Below are positions 16,214-24,514 of a stretch of 47,452 nt of DNA, in pieces. Each line of letters begins with the position of its first letter. Positions within the stretch are counted from its first letter, which is position 1. The position numbers and the translations under genes are program-made. Source of the DNA: an uncultured Candidatus Saccharibacteria bacterium (GTDB lineage Bacteria > Patescibacteriota > WWE3 > 2-01-FULL-39-13). The notes below the pieces were generated by a model. It had not been told where the DNA came from. It saw only the letters and a list, made by a program, of their open reading frames with translations, and did not search any database. The stretch lies in the NCBI GenBank assembly GCA_964370865.1, contig CAYJKF010000006.1:1-47452 (forward strand), in the 5' to 3' direction.

Positions 16214-17350
16214 CTACTGAACATGCTCTCCGCTTACGGCGGGGTAGTAAATTACGATTGACCCGGTTTCACTTATTTTCCCTGCTTCTGGCGCAGTTGT
16301 GATTACCCCTTCAAACACATATATAGGTTGAAGGAATGGCGAGTATTCCCTTTGTTCATAGTAAGCCATATAAACGTCCCTAATTTCTACCTTGCTGACT
16401 TTTACCGCTTGAAGTGGGTCATAATAATCGGAGTTTTCAGTTCTTAGATACGAAATAACACCGTTGCCTTGTTGTATTGTTTGCCATACAGCTGTTATAG
16501 GAGAAAGACTGTATTCTGACTTTCCAGAATCGCCATAGTTAACTGGCCAATATATATAATTTATAATTGGAAAATTCTCCGGCTCTTCAGCATTAGTAAC
16601 ATAAAATGAGACCATAGAATCTCTGGGATTTCTCCCCAGAACAGGGAACTTATTATCACCTTCTACAATATTTCGATAAACATTTACCTTGATAAGCTTG
16701 CTTCGATCTGTTGTTGTTCGAGATTCTCTGATTTTTCCTATGAAAATGTCACTAACAACACTGGTTGTAAAAATGTTTCCGGCGTCAATTCCAGCCATTA
16801 AATTATTCGATTTAATAAATTGAATTACTTTTGTTTCAGCATCAAGATTGCTAATGGTGGTGTTATTATTTGCAATTGTAGTTAGTCTTTCAGAATTCGT
16901 CTCTAAGGCAAAATCTCTTTTTACTATATTCGCATTTAGTGTCCTAGCCCTATTACCATCCGTCCATTTAAAAGTGGCATCATCTACTTTTACGTAGCTG
17001 GATGAGAACTGCATTTCTTCAGCCAGATTTTTCATATCTTGTTCAGCTAAAAAATTAGGTAAAGGTTCGGAGATTTCATACACATTTTGTCTATCTGGGA
17101 AATTGGGCATCTTGCTGTTTGGAAGTTCCAGTATATATTCAGGATTCCCTTCAATTTTAATACTGGTCATGTTTAGCTTAGGTAGAATTCCAAAACCAGC
17201 GATAGGTGCATCGGGCTTATCAGGCCAGATCATTTTTATTACCGAATAACCACCTCTTAGGACGAATCTACCCCCATAGAAAACAATAATAGCCACCGCT
17301 AGGTAAGCAGCCCACTTTTTCATGTTTTGTTGGGTTTCGGCCAGTGTCAT
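16214..17350 (-). CDS. hypothetical N-terminally anchored extracytoplasmic protein
   Basis: 378-aa ORF with an N-terminal TM helix (WAAYLAVAIIVFYGG). No recognisable motif. Confidence 0.6.
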   Translation of the reverse strand: MTLAETQQNMKKWAAYLAVAIIVFYGGRFVLRGGYSVIKMIWPDKPDAPIAGFGILPKLNMTSIKIEGNPEYILELPNSKMPNFPDRQNVYEISEPLPNFLAEQDMKNLAEEMQFSSSYVKVDDATFKWTDGNRARTLNANIVKRDFALETNSERLTTIANNNTTISNLDAETKVIQFIKSNNLMAGIDAGNIFTTSVVSDIFIGKIRESRTTTDRSKLIKVNVYRNIVEGDNKFPVLGRNPRDSMVSFYVTNAEEPENFPIINYIYWPVNYGDSGKSEYSLSPITAVWQTIQQGNGVISYLRTENSDYYDPLQAVKVSKVEIRDVYMAYYEQREYSPFLQPIYVFEGVITTAPEAGKISETGSIVIYYPAVSGEHVQ

Positions 17351-17411
17351 ATATCTTTAGTATATTGGTGATAGATTGTATAATCAATTCTAGTTTATTT
17401 GAAAGGAAATT

Positions 17412-18905
17412 TTGAAAGAAAATATGACTGTCAGAACGCGCGTTGCACCAAGTCCTACGGGCTTTCCACACATAGGCACAATCTATCAAGCGATGGTGGA
17501 TAAAGCGTTTGCTGTGAAAAATAATGGTCAATTTATTGTAAGAATAGAAGACACTGATCAAACTAGATTTGTAGAAGGTGCTGAAGAAGCTTTATCTGAA
17601 GCTTTCGATTGGTTTGGTTTAACCCCAGATGAGAGTCCCAAACTTGGTGGTCCATTTTCTCCTTATAAACAATCAGAGAGGTTAGAAATTTATAAAGATT
17701 ACGCACATGAGTTGGTAAAAAACGGACATGCTTATTATTGTTTTTGTACAAAAGACAGATTAGAAGAAGTTCGAAAAGAACAAGAAAAATCGTCTGTCGC
17801 TCCGATGTATGATAAACATTGTAGAAATCTATCTGAAAAGGAAGTTTCCGAAAAATTAGATAACAAAATTCCTTATGTGATTAGAATGAAGATTCCGGCT
17901 GGCGAGAAAATTGTTGTTGAGGATTTAACACGTGGTGAAATCGAATTTGATTCTGGTACCGTTGATGATCAGGTTTTGTTAAAAGGGGATGGATTTCCCA
18001 CTTATCATCTTGCTGTAGTTGTAGATGATCATCTGATGGAAATTACACATGTAGTTAGAGGACCTGAGTGGATTTCATCTTTTCCAAAACATAAATTGTT
18101 GTACGAATATTTTGGATGGGAAATGCCACAGTTTTTACATACTCCGCTGATTTCCAATATGAATGGGTCAAAGTTATCCAAAAGACAAGGTCATGCCAGT
18201 GTTGATTGGTATAGAAGAAAAGGCTTTTTAGCTGAGGCGGTTTTGAACTTTATTGCGCTACTTGGTTGGAGCCATCCAGATCAAAAAGAGATCTTCACAT
18301 TTGAAGAATACACTGATGTTTTTGATTTAAAAGATTTGTCGGCGCTAAGTCCTAAATTTGATTTAGATAAATTAGAGTGGATGAATGGACAATATATTCA
18401 GAGTCGATCAAACGAGAAATTATTTAGTGAGATCGTGAAGTGGCTCGAATACTCAATTAATATTCCATACAAAGGCGCAGGTGATTATGTTACGGATTGG
18501 GATAAAAGTTCTCACGAGAAATTATTAAATTTTGTAAATTCTCTTGAGGATAATTCTCGCGAAGTGTGGATTTCAATTATTAAAGAGCGTATTAAAAAGT
18601 TCGAAGATTTATTTGCACTTAATAGATTTTTCTTTGACAATGTTTCATTGGAAAAAGAGTTGGATAAAAATGTTTTGAAATACGTGTTAGATGAATTAGA
18701 AAATTCAGATTGGTCATTAGAAAATTTAAAAGAAATCGAGAGTTCTTTTGTTCAGTATTCAAAAGATCAAGGAATTAAAGTAGGTGACTTTTTTGGAAAT
18801 ATCCGTTTAGCAGTTTGTAGAAGTTCGGTTACGCCACCATTGTTTGAATCGATGTTTATTTTAGGAAGAGATAAAACGCTGAGTAATCTGCGAGCCGCCC
18901 TATAA
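17412..18905 (+). CDS. gltX: glutamate--tRNA ligase
   Basis: RVAPSPTGFPHIGT (HIGH) and KLSKRQG (KMSKS). Start is TTG 17412 or ATG 17424. Confidence 0.92.
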   Translation: MKENMTVRTRVAPSPTGFPHIGTIYQAMVDKAFAVKNNGQFIVRIEDTDQTRFVEGAEEALSEAFDWFGLTPDESPKLGGPFSPYKQSERLEIYKDYAHELVKNGHAYYCFCTKDRLEEVRKEQEKSSVAPMYDKHCRNLSEKEVSEKLDNKIPYVIRMKIPAGEKIVVEDLTRGEIEFDSGTVDDQVLLKGDGFPTYHLAVVVDDHLMEITHVVRGPEWISSFPKHKLLYEYFGWEMPQFLHTPLISNMNGSKLSKRQGHASVDWYRRKGFLAEAVLNFIALLGWSHPDQKEIFTFEEYTDVFDLKDLSALSPKFDLDKLEWMNGQYIQSRSNEKLFSEIVKWLEYSINIPYKGAGDYVTDWDKSSHEKLLNFVNSLEDNSREVWISIIKERIKKFEDLFALNRFFFDNVSLEKELDKNVLKYVLDELENSDWSLENLKEIESSFVQYSKDQGIKVGDFFGNIRLAVCRSSVTPPLFESMFILGRDKTLSNLRAAL

Positions 18906-18909
18906 AATA

Positions 18910-19647
18910 TTGTCAATGTGTATAGAAACTCAAATAAATGATTCGATTCCTCTTGTCCTCGAGTCGACTAATTTCTTAGAAGCTTTTGAATCTCGCTTAG
19001 AATGGCTATCTAATCAGGGAGCAACTCCGCAAAGCCCAGATAGAATTGGAATTAATCATGGAGAAATTACAGAACTCGAGCTTCTTTTTCCTGCCATACT
19101 TGCTCATCAAGTAAAACATGGGGATTCGGAAAAAGATTCAGAATATTTAGAATTATGGGCAACGCCATGTAACCTATATCGTGACCCCCACGCCCCTCAC
19201 TACAGTTTGTCTTGGTCACTTGAGCATTTAGTTAAAGGAAATTCGTTTGAGTCTTGCACAGGCTTAAGATTGAGGAGGTCGTATGTTTTTATTGATCAGG
19301 ATTACAATCTTAATTTGTTACTAAATGACAATATGTTTGAATTTCGAACACAAGCAGTTTTAGGTAACTTTATGGATAAATATAATATATGTAGACTATT
19401 TGTAAATCCAGATGAACATAATATTAGTGGAGGTAAATTTCCAATGACTTGTATTACACAAACTGAATTTTGGGAAGCTAGAAGAAAAGACGAATTAGCA
19501 GCTGTCGCTAAGCAGTATGGAATATGTGACCCCAGTGACCTTTTAGGATTTGTTTCGTTTGCTAGAGGTTTAATGGATAGTACAAATCCTACAACTTTAA
19601 AACAGCTCGCCCAAATTATAGAAGCTAATAAGGGTGGGTATCTCTAA
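18910..19647 (+). CDS. hypothetical cytoplasmic protein
   Basis: 245-aa ORF starting 4 nt after the gltX stop (TTG 18910 or ATG 18916). No recognisable motif. Confidence 0.55.
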   Translation: MSMCIETQINDSIPLVLESTNFLEAFESRLEWLSNQGATPQSPDRIGINHGEITELELLFPAILAHQVKHGDSEKDSEYLELWATPCNLYRDPHAPHYSLSWSLEHLVKGNSFESCTGLRLRRSYVFIDQDYNLNLLLNDNMFEFRTQAVLGNFMDKYNICRLFVNPDEHNISGGKFPMTCITQTEFWEARRKDELAAVAKQYGICDPSDLLGFVSFARGLMDSTNPTTLKQLAQIIEANKGGYL

Positions 19648-19715
19648 GGTAGTTTAAATAATGCTTATCCCCTCGATAAAAACCAGAATATAAACTAAAA
19701 TATACAGGATAATAT

Positions 19716-19789
19716 TGCCCGGTCGTCTAACGGTAGGACGCCGCACTCTGGATGCGGTAATTATGGTTCAAATCCATACTGGGCAGCCA
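19716..19789 (+). tRNA. tRNA-Gln (anticodon CUG), CCA encoded
   Basis: Manual cloverleaf. Acceptor TGCCCGG/CTGGGCA (U1:A72), D stem GTCT/GGAC, anticodon stem CCGCA/TGCGG with loop CU-CUG-GA, 4-nt variable loop, T arm TATGG-TTCAAAT-CCATA, discriminator G, CCA. Confidence 0.9.
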
Positions 19790-19831
19790 AAAGATCTAGA
19801 AACTGCTAGGTACTACTGGTATATACTAAAT

Positions 19832-20071
19832 ATGGAAACAAATGAATCAAACCAAAAGCCAACTGTATCGCCATTTCGAATATTTAGCCTTATGAATTCT
19901 AGCGATTGGCTTTACGTGATCATCTGGATATTAATAATTTTTGTGGCTGTGATTATATTGGATTTCGTTGAGGACCTAATTAATGGTTTTTTTATTGTCT
20001 TTTTGGGAAACGTTATCATAGTAATTGGACTTCGGACGAGGCTTCAAAAGAGATTAGGAAATAAATTATAA
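19832..20071 (+). CDS. small two-helix membrane protein (hypothetical)
   Basis: The ATG at 19832 is the first start downstream of the tRNA. Product METNESNQ... has two hydrophobic helices. The track ORF beginning at 19715 reads through the tRNA. Confidence 0.45.
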   Translation: METNESNQKPTVSPFRIFSLMNSSDWLYVIIWILIIFVAVIILDFVEDLINGFFIVFLGNVIIVIGLRTRLQKRLGNKL

Positions 20072-20140
20072 AGCCCACATTTAATAATCCTGTTCCAGTA
20101 AAATTAAATTCATTAGTAATACTTTTGGTAAAATAAACTC

Positions 20141-20578
20141 ATGAAACCGTATAAAATATTAATAATCAATCTCGCCTTATCATTCTGCATTATGTATTTA
20201 GTGATGTTCTTAAATATTGCTGATATTAGACACTTCTATGTTAGCGTAACAAGAACTTATATGGCCCTGCTTATGGTTTTTCCAATGGCTGTTTTGATGA
20301 TTCTAACCATGCCCCATATGTACACAGAAAAAAGGAAAAATATAAGTATCTTGATGGTATCAGTATTGGGTTTTATATTTTCCTTGTTTGGGTTAAGAAA
20401 TCAGGTTTTTGTTAATGATGGACAATATATGAAAGCGATGATTCCACATCACTCGTCGGCAATAATGGTTAGTGAAAACAATGTATTCGATGACAGCGAG
20501 TTGAGTCAATTAGCAAAGGATATAATAAGAGCACAAAAAGAAGAAATTGAATTAATGGAAAAACTTCTCAAGGATTAG
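20141..20578 (+). CDS. DUF305-family (ferritin-like, copper-resistance-associated) membrane protein
   Basis: MIPHHSSAIMVSE and LAKDIIRAQKEEIELMEKLL motifs after N-terminal TM helices. Confidence 0.7.
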   Translation: MKPYKILIINLALSFCIMYLVMFLNIADIRHFYVSVTRTYMALLMVFPMAVLMILTMPHMYTEKRKNISILMVSVLGFIFSLFGLRNQVFVNDGQYMKAMIPHHSSAIMVSENNVFDDSELSQLAKDIIRAQKEEIELMEKLLKD

Positions 20579-20683
20579 GAGCCAAAATAGCGAACACAAC
20601 AAGATTACAGATGATTAAATTTCAGACCGATATTTTCAGCCAGGACTAATCAATTATAAGTGGCATAATAATAAATCCTAAAA

Positions 20684-20716
20684 GGCGGGAAGTGAATATA
20701 ATCCAACTATCCCGCC
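20684..20716. terminator. possible bidirectional stem-loop terminator between convergent genes
   Basis: GGCGGGA (20684-20690) pairs with TCCCGCC (20710-20716). Flanked by AAAA upstream and CTTTGGTTT downstream. The loop is long (19 nt). Confidence 0.4.
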
Positions 20717-20742
20717 CTTTGGTTTATGTTTTGAAGTCATAT

Positions 20743-21276
20743 TTATCTAACCTCTAGTACTGATACATCTTTTGCTGCATGCCTTTCCATAGCATCTTCA
20801 ACGTCTTCCTCGTGGTCTTCATTAACCACAACTCCGACTAGAATTGAACCGTCTTTTATAGACTGCTCATACTGTCTTGCTTTAACTTCATCTAATCCAA
20901 GTTCTTTCAAACCTGCAATTAGGCCACCAGCAAGTGCGCCTGTTAGAGCTCCTGAAGCGGTTGCTCCTGCAATACCTGTTAAACCAAGTGCCGTTGCTAT
21001 AGGACCAGCGATGAAAAGTGCACCAACTCCTGGAATTGCTAAAGCTCCAAGTCCTGTTAATAGCCCTAGAACTCCACCTATTACTCCACCAGTTTTTGCA
21101 CCATCTTTTACGCCTTCGGTAGTATCATTTTCGATGCTTACATTTCCTCTTACCACATCTTCACGGGTAATAACTGCAATATCGTTAGTTGAATATCCCA
21201 TTGCGGTAAGATCATCAATAGCATCGTTAGCACTAGAAACTGAATTGTAAATCCCCATAATCATTTTATTGTTCAT
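20743..21276 (-). CDS. general stress protein (YflT/GsiB-like N-domain with a glycine-zipper membrane segment)
   Basis: IMGIYNSVSSANDAIDDLTAMGYSTNDIAVITRED, then a long G/A/L-rich hydrophobic stretch. A clear SD (GGGGGTGA) lies about 9 nt upstream, one of the few in the window. Confidence 0.7.
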   Translation of the reverse strand: MNNKMIMGIYNSVSSANDAIDDLTAMGYSTNDIAVITREDVVRGNVSIENDTTEGVKDGAKTGGVIGGVLGLLTGLGALAIPGVGALFIAGPIATALGLTGIAGATASGALTGALAGGLIAGLKELGLDEVKARQYEQSIKDGSILVGVVVNEDHEEDVEDAMERHAAKDVSVLEVR

Positions 21277-21437
21277 TTGTTATTTTCACCCCCCATAGAT
21301 TTAAACTAGATACTCTTTATAAGATACAGTCCAAAAATAATAGAGTGGTTAGAGAGATGTGAAAATTTGGTAAGAGTCTTTTATTTTAGCGATTCATATA
21401 TTTCATATAACACTCACATTGTTGATATAATTAAATC

Positions 21438-21785
21438 ATGATAAGTAATAATAAAAACGTTGAAATAGTATCCAAAATTAAACAAAATAGAGTATTTCTC
21501 TGGATTGCTTCTGGAACAATGATTTTACTGATAATCCCCCTTGCGTTAATGGTATTTAAAATTCCTATGTCTAGTTACGGTAGCGGTAATGATGTGCTTA
21601 ATTGGGATTTTACTGATTTTATGCTCATGGGATTACTAATATTTGGTATAAGTAGCATCTTTGTTTTAATAGCTAGGCGGATTAATACAAAATACTTGTT
21701 TACAGTAGGGATTATTCTTTTTTTACTTTTTCTTTGGATTTGGGCAGAACTTGCAGTTGGAATTTTTACGAATTGGGGAAATTAA
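21438..21785 (+). CDS. hypothetical polytopic membrane protein
   Basis: 115-aa ORF with 3-4 hydrophobic helices. An extended -10 TGaTATAAT (21423-21431) lies 6 nt upstream of the ATG. Confidence 0.55.
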   Translation: MISNNKNVEIVSKIKQNRVFLWIASGTMILLIIPLALMVFKIPMSSYGSGNDVLNWDFTDFMLMGLLIFGISSIFVLIARRINTKYLFTVGIILFLLFLWIWAELAVGIFTNWGN

Positions 21786-21788
21786 GTA

Positions 21789-22133
21789 ATGCTATCTTTG
21801 AGAAGGTTAAAAAAGGGTTTTTCAATTTCCAAAATATTGACCATTATAATACTTATTTTCTTCATTGGTGTAATATCGTTTGGCTTATATCAAACCTTCC
21901 AAACTACGAAACCTGCTGCTTGTACCTATTACGGTGTTCCACCGATTGGGGATAAAGGCCTTGTTGTGCAAGGTGAAGCAGATCATTATGTTCCAGAGAC
22001 TGGGAAGACATATGGATGTGATGTTCCCGTAACTATATGTGAGGGATTTGAATGTATGGCTCCTGCAATCTCAATAGAATGTAATAAATCAGAAGTCATT
22101 TGCGGGGATGTAATAAACTGTATTTGTAACTAG
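21789..22133 (+). CDS. hypothetical membrane-anchored, cysteine-rich (9 Cys) protein
   Basis: N-terminal anchor (ILTIIILIFFIGVISFGLY), then ACTYYG...GCDVPVTICEGFECMAPAISIECNKSEVICGDVINCICN. Confidence 0.55.
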   Translation: MLSLRRLKKGFSISKILTIIILIFFIGVISFGLYQTFQTTKPAACTYYGVPPIGDKGLVVQGEADHYVPETGKTYGCDVPVTICEGFECMAPAISIECNKSEVICGDVINCICN

Positions 22134-22164
22134 TTATCTTTTCATATTACGATAGACTTGATAT

Positions 22165-22803
22165 ATGAACTTAAAACTCCCAGCATCAATCTCTACCGTT
22201 ACGAAATTATCAAAATTTATAGCATTAATTTTATTCATTAGCCTCCCTTTTATAGGATTTGTTATAGGGAGCAAGTACAATCAGGTTCTTAGCAATCAAA
22301 AAATACAATGTAGTATATTGGAAGAGAAATCTTTTGTGAGTGAATCATCTCCGGAACTAATCCCAGACAGAACAGAGAATAATAAAGGTGGAATAATTAT
22401 GGGAACAATTGTAATAAATTTCAACTTGGTCGAATACCCTGATGTTGAAGATGAGGTAACCGTTTTGATATACGGCAAAAATGGCCTGGCGAGCAATCCT
22501 TTTAGTACAAATACATGCAAAAATGAAGCGGATAATTGTAGTTGGTTGCTTTCTGAAAATGGAAGAATGAGGACCTATGGTTATAGATTAACTAGAGATG
22601 GGGATGCCCAAAGAATAAATCCAGGTGGCAATTATATAATGGAAGTTGATACCGCTCACTGGAATAACCAAGGCGTAACTCTAGAAGATGCCCAAAGCGG
22701 GAATACATTAGGGTTTGGACGTACCGGACAGTCGATTGTAGTTGTTCCTGCAAATGGTATCGCGGAAAAAGATTTTGCTTTATCGGTTGGCCCATTTGAA
22801 TAA
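22165..22803 (+). CDS. hypothetical N-terminally anchored protein
   Basis: 212-aa ORF with an N-terminal hydrophobic helix and a beta-rich C-terminal region. No diagnostic motif. Confidence 0.55.
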   Translation: MNLKLPASISTVTKLSKFIALILFISLPFIGFVIGSKYNQVLSNQKIQCSILEEKSFVSESSPELIPDRTENNKGGIIMGTIVINFNLVEYPDVEDEVTVLIYGKNGLASNPFSTNTCKNEADNCSWLLSENGRMRTYGYRLTRDGDAQRINPGGNYIMEVDTAHWNNQGVTLEDAQSGNTLGFGRTGQSIVVVPANGIAEKDFALSVGPFE

Positions 22804-22882
22804 GTATGCAAACCGAGTCCAGTTCATATATAAGTAATTGGAATTTAGCATTTAGTGGTACGGTTACTTTTATATAATTTAT

Positions 22883-23293
22883 ATGCCAAATATAATTACA
22901 CTAATCCTTGAATATATTCCTTCGGGAATAGTTTTTATAATTTACTTTACTCTCAAAGAGTTTGTACTTAATAAAGTGACAGGAGTTAGTCACAAAAAGC
23001 CCAGTTATGGATTTGTTTTAATTCCTGCCGCGATTGGTTTTATAATTATAGAACTTTTGAATGGGCTTTATGTGGCTCAAAATAATTTTTTATATAATTT
23101 CGGAGACTCTGTATTGCCTATTTTTTCATTTCTTTATGTTATTGCTGATGCTATAGGAGCTGTTTTTGCCTTTTCGATATTTAGTAATCCAAAAAGTTCA
23201 ATAAAGCTCAATACACCAGGTGGTAAGTTAATATTCAATCTCTTTAATATATTAGAAACATTTATTCTATTTCTATTTTTATTTCTGAGGTAA
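22883..23293 (+). CDS. hypothetical polytopic membrane protein
   Basis: 136-aa hydrophobic ORF. TATAAT (22873-22878) lies 4 nt upstream of the ATG. Confidence 0.5.
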   Translation: MPNIITLILEYIPSGIVFIIYFTLKEFVLNKVTGVSHKKPSYGFVLIPAAIGFIIIELLNGLYVAQNNFLYNFGDSVLPIFSFLYVIADAIGAVFAFSIFSNPKSSIKLNTPGGKLIFNLFNILETFILFLFLFLR

Positions 23294-23319
23294 TTTTAAT
23301 CGAATAAGAGATATGATCT

Positions 23320-23883
23320 TTATAAGATTATTTCTACATCAGCAGATAATCCTTTTTGTATAACATCGAGATCCTGTTTTGAATAGTCGTTACCAGATAA
23401 GTTAAGTACTTTAAGTCGTTTAAGATTGCCTAATTCATTTGGTAATCCTGTCAGTTGGTTGTTAGATAAATCTAAGACCTCTAATTTGGATAATTGACCA
23501 ACTTCTGCTGGTACTCCAGTCATTCTATTATTGCTAGCATCAAGAACTTTCAAATTTGATAAGTGTCTAATTTCAGCTGGTAAGGCGCCGGTTAAATTGT
23601 TATCGGAAATATCTAGCCCTTCAATATTGGTTCTAGATAAAACGTATGAAGGCAATTTATCCAAATTTTGATTACTCAAATCTAAAGTATTGGAATCTTT
23701 TAATACTGTTTTCGTATTATCTGAAGTATCAACTTCATCTTCGTCATTTTGTTCAGCATTTGTATTGTTTGAATTAGTATTCTCTGTATCCTTATAAACA
23801 ACTTCTTGTTTCTGGTTCATAAGAAATACGAACAATACAACCGACAGGATAATAAAAAAGGCTAAGATTATGTTCTTTGTCAT
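23320..23883 (-). CDS. membrane-anchored leucine-rich-repeat (LRR) protein
   Basis: N-terminal TM helix, an Asn/Asp/Glu-rich linker, then five or six ~23-aa LRRs (LDLSNQNLDKLP, LDISDNNLTGALPAEI, LDASNNRMTGVPAEV, LDLSNNQLTGLPNEL, LNLSGN). Confidence 0.8.
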   Translation of the reverse strand: MTKNIILAFFIILSVVLFVFLMNQKQEVVYKDTENTNSNNTNAEQNDEDEVDTSDNTKTVLKDSNTLDLSNQNLDKLPSYVLSRTNIEGLDISDNNLTGALPAEIRHLSNLKVLDASNNRMTGVPAEVGQLSKLEVLDLSNNQLTGLPNELGNLKRLKVLNLSGNDYSKQDLDVIQKGLSADVEIIL

Positions 23884-23968
23884 ATATGGGGAATTATAAC
23901 ATTTTTCATAATCTTCAATGCTTAGCCAAGCCTGTAAATGAGTTGGAAGATAAGGTAAACTACAATAT

Positions 23969-24511
23969 ATGAAAAATTCGATGTTAATTTTTATAATAGT
24001 TCTCGTAGTTGGAGTACTTGGAATAGGTTTATATCTTTCAATGCGGGAAAATACTCAAACTGATAGCGCGATCCAAAGCAATGATTCTATGGTGAAAGAA
24101 GACACGTCTGTTATGCCTACTGTTGTAATGGTGCCGGAAGACGATGTAATGCAAGACAGTGAAGAGATGATGGATGAAAATGTTATTTCACCTAGATATG
24201 TCAATTACAACAAGACGGCTTTTGAGAGCGCTTCTGATACACGACGAGTATTATTTTTCTACGCTTCGTGGTGCCCAACATGTAAGCCAGCTGACGCTAG
24301 CTTTACACAAAATGTTAATGATATCCCTGATGATGTAACGGTAATAAGGGTTAATTACAATGATCCAGAGACAGATCAAGAAGAAAAAGATTTAGCTAAA
24401 AAATATGGAATTACTTACCAACACACATTTGTACAGATTGATAGTGATGGGAACGAAGTAACCAAATGGAATGGTGGGCAAATAGAAGAACTACTGTCTA
24501 AAATCAATTAA
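23969..24511 (+). CDS. membrane-anchored thioredoxin-fold protein (WCPTC active site)
   Basis: N-terminal TM helix, acidic Met-rich linker, VLFFYASWCPTCKPA. Confidence 0.8.
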   Translation: MKNSMLIFIIVLVVGVLGIGLYLSMRENTQTDSAIQSNDSMVKEDTSVMPTVVMVPEDDVMQDSEEMMDENVISPRYVNYNKTAFESASDTRRVLFFYASWCPTCKPADASFTQNVNDIPDDVTVIRVNYNDPETDQEEKDLAKKYGITYQHTFVQIDSDGNEVTKWNGGQIEELLSKIN

Positions 24512-24514
24512 ATT

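Noticed and set aside
19715-19831. The N-terminal 39 codons of the track ORF 19715-20071
   Set aside because: This stretch folds as a canonical tRNA-Gln(CUG) cloverleaf (19716-19789). The protein-coding part, if real, starts at ATG 19832.
20579-21437. The two largest intergenic regions (20579-20742 and 21277-21437) as hosts of a structured ncRNA (SRP RNA, 6S RNA or a riboswitch)
   Set aside because: I could not recognise any conserved ncRNA motif. The only features seen are a terminator-like hairpin and promoter or SD elements. A covariance-model scan (Rfam/Infernal) would be needed to exclude small RNAs.
22604-22697. The direct 11-nt repeat GATGCCCAAAG (twice, 83 nt apart) inside 22165-22803, and short GC palindromes (AACGCGCGTT 17443, ATTCGCGAAT about 37930, TCGGCG-c-CGCCGA 42796-42808, GATAGC-c-GCTATC about 15921)
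   Set aside because: They are too short to be statistically meaningful in 47 kb. They might reflect restriction or methylation site content, but that cannot be evaluated from one window.
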